Origin: Casimicrobiaceae bacterium
GTDB taxonomy: Bacteria > Pseudomonadota > Gammaproteobacteria > Burkholderiales > Casimicrobiaceae
Length of the DNA stretch: 44,465 nt
Direction of reading: 5' to 3'
Assembly (NCBI GenBank): GCA_035607385.1
Contig: DATNAR010000258.1
Span: 1 to 44,465 of the forward strand
A program made the position numbers and the translations under genes. The notes under the pieces were generated by a model. It was not told where the DNA came from, ran no database searches, and was given only the letters and a program-made list of their open reading frames with translations. Below, one piece after another: positions 37,740 through 44,465 of the stretch. How positions within the stretch are numbered: position 1 is the first letter of the stretch; every line of letters starts with the position of its first letter.

Positions 37740-38927
37740 TTACTCGATTGCCGTTCGCATTCTCGTGCTTGCTCCTGCTGCTAAACGAGGCTTCCGTGTG
37801 GAGGACCTGATCGGTCTGATCCATCGCGCGATATCCGGCCAGGTCTCCCTGAGGATGCGCGATCCCATGAACAGCCCGATGTGGCCGCCGGGAACGAGCT
37901 TCTTCTCGATCTTGCGTGCCGGCGTGCCAAGATACTTCTCGGCGTTGAAGACTTGCTCCTTGGTCGCAATGTCGTCGGACTCGCCGGCAAGAAGATAGAC
38001 CGGACAGGCCACGTCCTTGAGGTTCAAGCGCTGCCCGAGGCCGATGAAACGGCCTTCGGCGAGCCGATTCTCCTTGAACAGCTCGACAATAGCCTGGAGA
38101 TACCAACGACCCGGCAGGTCGATCGGGTTTTCATACCAGCTGCGGAATGTCTCTTCCTTTCTCAAATAGGCCGGATCGTCGATGTGCTCGTAGAGGTCAA
38201 TGTGCTGCCTGATGTAGTGCTTTTCCGGGTGCATGCCTTTCCATCCCTGCAGCATGAAGTTGCCGAGCATGAGACCGCCCCCCATTGCAATCAGCTCTTC
38301 GAAGAATGACCGGGGATGGGTGTGCGCCATGCGCCTGACCGGGCCGTTTCCCGCATCGGTGTCGATCGGCGCACCGGCGAGCACCAGGCGCGCGACTTTG
38401 TGCGGGAAGCGCGCGGCGTACATCGCCGACATCCAGCCGCCCTGGCAAAGCCCCACCAGATTGACGCGTCCACCGAGATCATCGACGCACACGTTGATCT
38501 CGGCGAGATATTGATCGATCTCCAGGTCCTTCATGTCCTCGGTTGCCGACTTCCAATCGGTGAGAAAGACACGCTCCAGGCCGTTCGCGAGCAGCGTTTC
38601 GATCAGGCTCTGGCCCTTGTGGTAATCGGCGATAATCGCAGTATGCCCGGCATAGGGCGCATTGACGATTGTCGGCACGCCCGTGGCCGCAGGCGTCGAG
38701 TAATCGCGAAACACCATCGTCCGCAAGTCGAGCGTGATGCGGTTCGCGGTCGCAAGCTTGGGCCTCAATTCGTGATGAATCTTTTCTTCTTCCGCTAGGA
38801 ACGCGAGGTTCTTCCCGACGAGTTCGAGGCCTTGTTCAGCGATCTGCTCGGCTGCCGCCAGCGGCCAGAACAGCGGTACGCCGATGCCGGAAAGCTTGTG
38901 GGGAGCAACATGAGAAGAATGGACCAT
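37740..38927 (-). CDS. PhaC-like (class III PHA synthase-type) alpha/beta hydrolase with Cys nucleophile
   Basis: 395 aa from the ATG at 38927 (ORF open to 39002). It has the lipase-box variant 'VNLVGLCQGGWMSAMYAARFP', plus 'LLAGESDDIAT' and 'LVPGGHIGLFMG'. These line up with the Cys-Asp-His triad blocks of class III PhaC (GICQGG / GGHIG). Confidence 0.6.
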   Translation of the reverse strand: MVHSSHVAPHKLSGIGVPLFWPLAAAEQIAEQGLELVGKNLAFLAEEEKIHHELRPKLATANRITLDLRTMVFRDYSTPAATGVPTIVNAPYAGHTAIIADYHKGQSLIETLLANGLERVFLTDWKSATEDMKDLEIDQYLAEINVCVDDLGGRVNLVGLCQGGWMSAMYAARFPHKVARLVLAGAPIDTDAGNGPVRRMAHTHPRSFFEELIAMGGGLMLGNFMLQGWKGMHPEKHYIRQHIDLYEHIDDPAYLRKEETFRSWYENPIDLPGRWYLQAIVELFKENRLAEGRFIGLGQRLNLKDVACPVYLLAGESDDIATKEQVFNAEKYLGTPARKIEKKLVPGGHIGLFMGSRILRETWPDIARWIRPIRSSTRKPRLAAGASTRMRTAIE

Positions 38928-39010
38928 GGCGAGCCTCGACAAGGATGAGGTAAGGGTTGGCACACGTCTAAAAGCAAAGCGGATCCGTTGCGAGTGGCGC
39001 ACAGCGCTGG

Positions 39011-39724
39011 TTAGGCTCCGAGGTAGGCCCGCCTTACTTCCGGGTCTTCGGCAAGTTCGGAAGCTGCGCCCTCGCGAACGATGCGACCGGTTTCCATAAC
39101 ATACGCCCGATCGGCGACCTGGAAGGCCGAATGCACATCCTGCTCGACGAGGAGGATCGTGACGCCTTCACTGCGGATGTCGACCAGCACATCGAGCAGG
39201 AGATCGACAACGGTTGGAGCGAGGCCCAGGCTCATCTCGTCGACCATCAGAAGTTTCGGCGCGGCCACGAGCGCCCGCGCCATCGCGCACATCTGCTGCT
39301 CGCCCCCGGACAGGCTTCCGGCCAGTCGCCCGCGTCGCTGCTCGAGGGCGGGGAATAGCGCGTACGCGCGCTCGATGCTACCTTGGACACCCGCCTGGTC
39401 GGTGCGGCGAAACGCACCCATCAACAGGTTGTCCTGCACGGTCATGCGGTCGAAAAGCTGGCGTCCCTCGGGTACCTGGACCAGCCCCAGATTGAAAACC
39501 TCGTCCGCCAACATGTGGTTAATCTCGCGTCCGCCAAACCAAATCCGTCCGGTACAGGGAATCACACGCGACAGCGCACGCAGCAAAGTCGTCTTGCCGG
39601 CCGCATTGCTGCCGACGATGGCTACAATCTCGCCCGCGAAGATCTTGAGGGAAATTGCCTGCAGGACCGGCATTTCGCCGTAGCCGGCGCCAAGCTCGGT
39701 CACCAGCAGCAATGGATCGTTCAC
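39011..39724 (-). CDS. livF: Branched-chain amino acid ABC transporter ATP-binding protein (LivF type)
   Basis: 237 aa with Walker A 'GSNAAGKTT', signature 'LSGGEQQM', Walker B 'LLMVDE', and the C-terminal 'VRRAYLG'. Confidence 0.88.
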   Translation of the reverse strand: MNDPLLLVTELGAGYGEMPVLQAISLKIFAGEIVAIVGSNAAGKTTLLRALSRVIPCTGRIWFGGREINHMLADEVFNLGLVQVPEGRQLFDRMTVQDNLLMGAFRRTDQAGVQGSIERAYALFPALEQRRGRLAGSLSGGEQQMCAMARALVAAPKLLMVDEMSLGLAPTVVDLLLDVLVDIRSEGVTILLVEQDVHSAFQVADRAYVMETGRIVREGAASELAEDPEVRRAYLGA

Positions 39725-40455
39725 GCGCGCCGCCGTCCGAGGTAGGCTTCGACCACCTGTGGGTCGCGAAGTACCTGCTCCGGTGCGCCCTCGGCAATCT
39801 TCTCGCCGTGGTGCAGCACGAGCAGTCGGTCTGACAGGCTCCGGATCGCTTTCATCACGTGTTCGATGACCAGGATGCTGATGCCTTGATCGCGTACCTT
39901 CTTGATCATTGCGATCACCGCTTCGATTTCGACCAGGTTGAGACCTGCCATCACCTCGTCGAGCAGTAGCATCCGTGGATTCATCGCCAGCGCCTTGGCG
40001 AGCTCGAGCCGCTTGCGATCAGGGCCGCCCAGCGCCTCCGCACGCTGATTGGCGCGATGCGCCAGGCCGACGAACTCGAGCTTCTCGCTTGCGACACGGC
40101 GCGCGCGAGGCAAATTGTGATCACCACCTCCCGTGCCGAACAATGCACCCACGGCGACGTTGTCGAGCACGCTCAAGCCTGGAAATGGGCGCATGATTTG
40201 AAACGTACGACCGATGCCCAGCCGCGCGCGGCGATACGCGGGGAGGCGCTTCAGGTCGCAACCGTCGAACGTGACGTCGCCGTCGGTGGCGCTCAGGGTC
40301 CCGCTGATCATATTGATCAGCGTCGTCTTGCCGGCACCGTTGGGGCCAATGAGACCGAGAATTTCGCCGCGCTCAAGTTCGAAGCTCACGTCCGACAGCG
40401 CGACCAGTCCGGCAAAGCGCTTGGTGAGGCCGCGAACGTTGAGAAGTGATGGCAT
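39721..40455 (-). CDS. livG: Branched-chain amino acid ABC transporter ATP-binding protein (LivG type)
   Basis: 244 aa from the ATG at 40455, with 'GLIGPNGAGKTTL', 'GIGRTFQ', 'LLLDEVMAGL' and the C-terminal 'VVEAYLG'. It overlaps livF by 4 nt. The longer listed ORF to 41394 is read-through in an alternative frame of livM. Confidence 0.88.
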   Translation of the reverse strand: MPSLLNVRGLTKRFAGLVALSDVSFELERGEILGLIGPNGAGKTTLINMISGTLSATDGDVTFDGCDLKRLPAYRRARLGIGRTFQIMRPFPGLSVLDNVAVGALFGTGGGDHNLPRARRVASEKLEFVGLAHRANQRAEALGGPDRKRLELAKALAMNPRMLLLDEVMAGLNLVEIEAVIAMIKKVRDQGISILVIEHVMKAIRSLSDRLLVLHHGEKIAEGAPEQVLRDPQVVEAYLGRRRA

Positions 40456-40460
40456 GTTTT

Positions 40461-41378
40461 CTACAACCGATGAACGCGGACGTTTTCGGCGAAGTAGTGC
40501 CAGCCGAACTGCTTGAAACGGCGACCGAGATCGGCTAGACCTCGCGGCATGAACACTACCGCGATCACGATCACGACGCCGAAGAAGAGGCCGGCCAAGT
40601 TCGAGATTTCGGTCGACAGAACCTCCGAGATACCCGACAACAAGAACGCACCGACTACCGGACCGAGGATGGACCCCGGGCCGCCGAACACTGCCATGAT
40701 GATCATCTTCACATTCAGCCCGATGTCGAAGGCGCTGACCGGATCGAGGAACGTGATCCAGTAGGCGTGGATGCCGCCAGCCAGGGCGGCGAAAAATCCC
40801 GAAAGCGCAAACGCGAGCACCTTGTAGAGTGTGGTGTCTACGCCCAGGACGGCCGCGGCCTCCTCGTTCTCCCGGATCGACATAAGCCCGTATCCGAATC
40901 GGCTGCGTGCGATCCAGAGCACTGCCAGCGTCGTCAGTACGAGCAGTCCGAATGCCATCTCGTAGAACAACGCGTCGCCCCGAAGCAGGGGCAGCACCAG
41001 GCCGGTGTTGCGCCCGGCGATGTCGACGTTGGACACGATCGCGATCATTACCTCGGCCAGAGCCAGCGTACAGATCGCGAAGTAGTGCCCTCGTAAGCGT
41101 AGCACCGGCAGGCCGAGCACTACCGCAAAGGCCACCGCGAGTACTGCGCCCAACGCCAACCCGACCCCGAATGGCAGGTGCCACTGCACCATCGCGATAG
41201 CGGTGCCGTAGCTGCCGAGGCCGTAGAACACCGAATTGCCGAACGAAGCGTAGCCGGCGTAGCCGCCGATGATGTTCCAGCTCTGGGCAAGGGTTGCCAG
41301 CAACAATGTACTGATGCCGAATTGGATCAGGCTTGGCGATGCTATCCATGGCGCGGCCGCCATTACGATCAGCGCCAC
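40461..41378 (-). CDS. livM: Branched-chain amino acid ABC transporter permease (LivM type)
   Basis: 305 aa, polytopic, with 'SWNIIGGYAGYASFGNSVFYGLGSY' and 'GLVLPLL'. The GTG start at 41378 is uncertain. Confidence 0.82.
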   Translation of the reverse strand: MALIVMAAAPWIASPSLIQFGISTLLLATLAQSWNIIGGYAGYASFGNSVFYGLGSYGTAIAMVQWHLPFGVGLALGAVLAVAFAVVLGLPVLRLRGHYFAICTLALAEVMIAIVSNVDIAGRNTGLVLPLLRGDALFYEMAFGLLVLTTLAVLWIARSRFGYGLMSIRENEEAAAVLGVDTTLYKVLAFALSGFFAALAGGIHAYWITFLDPVSAFDIGLNVKMIIMAVFGGPGSILGPVVGAFLLSGISEVLSTEISNLAGLFFGVVIVIAVVFMPRGLADLGRRFKQFGWHYFAENVRVHRL

Positions 41379-41407
41379 GCCGATGCCCGCCCATAGAATC
41401 TTGCGGC

Positions 41408-42277
41408 TCAGGTGGTTCTCCCCAGCAGGCCGGTCGGGCGCACGATCAGCACCAGCACCAGGATGCCAAAGCTGGCGACGTCGGCGTAAGTCGGTCCGAT
41501 ATAGAGCGCGGTCAGTGACTCGACGATGCCGAGAAAGAGTCCCCCGGCAATCACGCCCAACGGGCTTTCCAGCCCGCCGATGATGGCAATGGCGAACGAT
41601 TTCGCGGTCAGGCTTGTCCCGATATACGGATTGACCTGCGACACCACGCCATAAAGCCCGCCAGCCGCTCCGGCCAGCGCGGCGCCAAGGCCGAAAGTGA
41701 GCGCGTAGACGCGGCGCGGCTCGACACCGTAGAGACGCGCCGCGATCAGATTCTGCGCGGTCGCGCGGATCGCGCGCCCGAGTCTAGTTCGTGCCAGGAA
41801 CAACCAGAGGATGATGGTGAGCGCCAGCGCCACAGCGAACGCGAGCAGGCGCACCACCGGCACGGTCGCGCCGAACAACGCGAAGTTGTCACCGGCGTAA
41901 GTGGGATTGATGGTGCGAAAGTCCGCACTGAAAGCGATTTGTGCGAGATAGGTCAGGACGACGTCGATACCGAACGTGATCAGCAGCGTGTTGAACATCG
42001 GCGCCCGGATGACCAGGTTGAGCAGATACCGCTGGAGCAGATAGCCGAACGCGAACAGCGCCAGCATAGTCAGCGGGAGCGCGACAAACGGATCGATCGA
42101 CAGCCCCGTGAACAGGTAGTAACAGACGTAGGCGCCGAGCATGATCAGGGCCCCATGCGCCAGGTTCACGATGTTGAGCACGCCCCACACCAACGCCAGC
42201 CCGAGCGCCATCAGGGCGTAGAGTCCCCCCAGCAGGATGCCGTTGACGACGACTTGCCAGAGCAGACTCACGTTCAC
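41408..42277 (-). CDS. livH: Branched-chain amino acid ABC transporter permease (LivH type)
   Basis: 289 aa with 'LLWQVVVNGILLGGLYALMALGLALVWGVLNIVNLAHGALIMLGAY', the classic LivH N-terminus. Confidence 0.88.
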   Translation of the reverse strand: MNVSLLWQVVVNGILLGGLYALMALGLALVWGVLNIVNLAHGALIMLGAYVCYYLFTGLSIDPFVALPLTMLALFAFGYLLQRYLLNLVIRAPMFNTLLITFGIDVVLTYLAQIAFSADFRTINPTYAGDNFALFGATVPVVRLLAFAVALALTIILWLFLARTRLGRAIRATAQNLIAARLYGVEPRRVYALTFGLGAALAGAAGGLYGVVSQVNPYIGTSLTAKSFAIAIIGGLESPLGVIAGGLFLGIVESLTALYIGPTYADVASFGILVLVLIVRPTGLLGRTT

Positions 42278-42404
42278 GCACCGCCCATCGATTGCCGGCA
42301 GCCGCTTGCCTGGCGAACGGTGGAAGGAGGGTAAAGAGTGGGATGTTGCCCGCCCGTTCGCGGCTCGACGGGCTCACTCGCCAACAGGCCCCATCAAGGT
42401 GTCT

Positions 42405-43595
42405 TCAGCGCTTGCTCCATGCGACCATCGGGTACTCGGGCTTGTCGACGAATCCTTTCTGCCCGTAAATCGGCACTACTTTACCGTTCTGAACCTGGAT
42501 CACCGTCTGCGGCAGGCTGATCTGGCCAACCGCATTGAACTGAATCCGACCATACAGGCTCTCGAAATCCACGTGTGCGATCGCATCACGCACCTTTGCC
42601 GGGTCGGTGGTCCCCGCGGCTTCGAGCGCCTTGGCATACGCTTCGACAACGGCGACCGCGGAAGCCGCGTGGTAGTCCGGCTCATAGCCGAAGCGCTTCT
42701 GATACGCCTGCGCGAACTTTTCCGCGTTACCGAAATAATCGTCCTTCTGTGCCGCCGACGGCAGCCATGAGGTCATGCCGAAGGCGTAGTCCGCATCCTT
42801 GCCGAGCGCCTTGCGGAAATCGGCGCTGGGAACGCCGACCGTGAAACTGTAAAAATGCGGATTGACATTCAGGCTCTTGGATTGGCGAATGAAATTCAGG
42901 ATCTCGGTTTCATGGCCAGCCATCAGCACGGCGTCCGGCTGGGCACTTTTGATTCGCGACAGCAACGATGCAAAATCGGAGGCGTTGGTGCTGTAGCGTT
43001 CGTCGAGGACCGTCTTGAGACCCGCCTTGCCCAGCAGCTCGCGCGTGCCGCTGGCGACCGAGACGTCGAAGGCATCGTCGGCGTAGAGCAGGGCCACGGT
43101 CTTCGGCGCCGGGTTCAACTTGCCCATGGCTTGGATCGTGCTCTCGAAGTACTTGCTCGCCACCGGCAGTGTGCCGAAGATGTACTTGTAGCCGCGGTCG
43201 AAGATCTGGTCGGAGGCGCCGCCGCCCTGAATCATCGGCACCTGATATTTTTCTGCGACCGATGAGGTAGCGATCACCGAATCGCTGGCAAACGGACCGA
43301 GCAGCAGATTGATCTTGTCCTGGGAGACCAGTTGTACGTACTGCCGCACAGCGAGATTGTTATCGGACTGGTTGTCCAGAATCTTCAACGCCAGTTGTTC
43401 GTGGGTGTTGCCGATCTTGACTCCGCCCGCCTTGTTGATCTGGTCGACGGCGAACTGGTAGCCGTCGCGATAGTAGCGGCCGGTGTTGGCCAGCGGTCCG
43501 GACATCTGGATGGAGGCGCCGAGGGTGATGGGCGCTGCGGATGCTTCGGCAGCAAAAGCAAGGATCCCAAGCAGTACAAAGAGTAAGCGTTTCAT
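42405..43595 (-). CDS. ABC transporter periplasmic substrate-binding protein (LivJ/K-like, Peripla_BP_6 type)
   Basis: 396 aa from the ATG at 43595, with GGAGGA 5 nt upstream. It has the signal peptide '[21 protein letters not shown]' followed by '[38 protein letters not shown]'. Confidence 0.85.
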   Translation of the reverse strand: MKRLLFVLLGILAFAAEASAAPITLGASIQMSGPLANTGRYYRDGYQFAVDQINKAGGVKIGNTHEQLALKILDNQSDNNLAVRQYVQLVSQDKINLLLGPFASDSVIATSSVAEKYQVPMIQGGGASDQIFDRGYKYIFGTLPVASKYFESTIQAMGKLNPAPKTVALLYADDAFDVSVASGTRELLGKAGLKTVLDERYSTNASDFASLLSRIKSAQPDAVLMAGHETEILNFIRQSKSLNVNPHFYSFTVGVPSADFRKALGKDADYAFGMTSWLPSAAQKDDYFGNAEKFAQAYQKRFGYEPDYHAASAVAVVEAYAKALEAAGTTDPAKVRDAIAHVDFESLYGRIQFNAVGQISLPQTVIQVQNGKVVPIYGQKGFVDKPEYPMVAWSKR

Positions 43596-43848
43596 TCGAT
43601 CCTCCATTCCATTAGCGTTTTCAAGCCCGTGCGCAAAGGCTGGACCGCGCGCGCGTTTGCAGATACCGCGGACCTCGGGAAAGAGAATTTCATTCAATCC
43701 CTCGTTCCATGAGAAGCACGGGTACCGCGAAGGGACCGCCTGCATCGCCATCGGTTTTTCCACGTCTTCGCATGTGATCCACGCGACACGTCCACGCGGA
43801 AGTCCGCGCGTTGTTGGGCCAGTGTGGGACGCAGGCGAGCGTGACGGT

Positions 43849-43888
43849 ATCGGGAGAGCTGGACACTTCCTGTAGGAGTGTCTTGACT
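43849..43888 (-). promoter_or_regulatory. Copy C of the tripartite motif (minus-strand reading: AGTCAAGA-N4-CCTACAG-N13-CTCCCGAT), pointing toward the Liv operon
   Basis: Box sequences and spacers are identical to copy D (31346-31385). It lies 254 nt upstream of the binding-protein start and back-to-back with copy B. Confidence 0.45.
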
Positions 43889-43982
43889 ATCGGGTTCGCC
43901 GGAGAGACCGGCGGCAGGGATCCGACCATTGGCAAGTCGCGGCGGAGCGCCGAATGTTCCGCAGCGGCGCCGCGCTCTATCG

Positions 43983-44022
43983 AGTCAAAGCTTCCCTACA
44001 GCGGCTGTCAAGGCCCCCCGGC
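43983..44022 (+). promoter_or_regulatory. Copy B of the tripartite motif (AGTCAAAG-N4-CCTACAG-N13-CCCCCGGC), pointing toward the response-regulator gene
   Basis: It shares the 15-mer TTCCCTACAGCGGCT, then N10, then CCCGGCAGC.GAC with copy A at the same spacing. TACATT lies at 44045-44050 and the gene start is at 44164. Confidence 0.45.
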
Positions 44023-44163
44023 AGCCGACCTTTAGCCGCAAACATACATTGTGTAGGTTGAGACCGGCGTTGCCGGGAGGCGTTACGATGGTTGCCGCCG
44101 TGATGCAAATCGGATGTGCAGGGACGAGGCCGAAGTCGTCGTCGAGTTGAGAGGTGATTTGCC

Positions 44164-44465
44164 ATGATTAGCGTTCTGCTGGCGGACGATCACGCGGTCG
44201 TGCGCGATGGTCTGCGTGCTCTGCTGGAGGCGCAGGCGGATATCGAGGTAGTGGGGGACGCGGCGAACGGGCGGGAAGTCCTGCGCCTGGCGCAGCAACT
44301 GCATCCGGACGTGGTGGTCATGGACATTGCCATGCCGGAGTTGAACGGGGTCGAGGCGACGCAGCAGATGCACGATGCGTATCCATCGACGCAGGTGCTG
44401 ATTCTGTCGATGCACTCGACCACGGAGCATATCTTTCGGGCGCTGCAGGCTGGGGCACGGGGCTA
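44164..44465 (+). CDS. NarL/FixJ-family response regulator, receiver domain (3' end outside the window)
   Basis: The frame is open from the ATG at 44164 to the window end: 'MISVLLADDHAVVRDGLRALLEAQADIEVVGDAANGREVLRLAQQLHPDVVVMDIAMPELNGVEATQQM..TQVLILSMHS..ALQAGARG'. It has the DD acidic pocket, the phospho-acceptor Asp in 'VVMDIAMP', and the typical NarL-class layout. Confidence 0.85.
   Translation, partial: MISVLLADDHAVVRDGLRALLEAQADIEVVGDAANGREVLRLAQQLHPDVVVMDIAMPELNGVEATQQMHDAYPSTQVLILSMHSTTEHIFRALQAGARG

Noticed and set aside
40456-41394. Upstream extension of the livG frame (ORF listed as 39721-41394)
   Set aside because: It is an alternative frame of livM. A bona fide LivG N-terminus ('MPSLLNVRGLTKRF') starts at 40455.
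43596-43763. 56-codon N-terminal extension of the binding-protein ORF
   Set aside because: The internal ATG at 43595 has a strong GGAGGA RBS and is followed immediately by a signal peptide. The extension has no such features.

Overview
This is a GC-rich bacterial chromosomal window with 30 supportable protein-coding genes (two cut by the window edges, one weak), one tRNA, four gene remnants and one recurring intergenic motif. I saw no rRNA, CRISPR array or intact insertion sequence.

Gene order, left to right:
- 3' end of an ABC permease, then a small Tat-signal secreted protein.
- An initiator tRNA-Met with its own promoter and terminator, with a decayed serine-recombinase 3' fragment abutting and partly overlapping it antisense.
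- tkt (minus strand), divergent from the array below.
- A roughly 23.5 kb same-strand array (4223-27743): stand-alone GH94 phosphorylase-like protein, gnd, zwf, HAD hydrolase, tal, pgi, DUF2090 aldolase-like protein, pgm, signal-less GH144-like beta-1,2-glucanase, pgl, and a 2940-aa cyclic beta-1,2-glucan synthase.
- A nitric-oxide/redox block: nnrS, HiPIP and a soluble PAS histidine kinase on the minus strand. Next comes a more A/T-rich patch with a DUF2945 gene and cytochrome c and trpS remnants. It ends with quinol-type NO reductase, a PEP-mutase/isocitrate-lyase family gene and an AhpD-like gene.
- A lipoprotein gene and a decayed LuxR-type response-regulator remnant.
- A minus-strand Liv-type ABC operon (binding protein, livH, livM, livG, livF) ending in a PhaC-like Cys-Asp-His alpha/beta hydrolase.
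- The 5' part of a NarL-type response regulator at the window edge.

The two most interesting points:
1. Beta-1,2-glucan synthesis and breakdown enzymes are interleaved with, and translationally coupled to, a full oxidative pentose-phosphate set. No exporter gene is in the window and the glucanase has no signal peptide. This suggests an undescribed cytoplasmic beta-1,2-glucan turnover or storage pathway.
2. A 40-nt tripartite motif (TCAA-N6-CCTACAG-N15-CCCG) occurs four times with identical spacing. It lies upstream of the glucan/PPP array, the PAS kinase operon, the Liv operon and the response-regulator gene, which suggests one regulon.

All family calls come from reading the translated ORFs. 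No database search was run.
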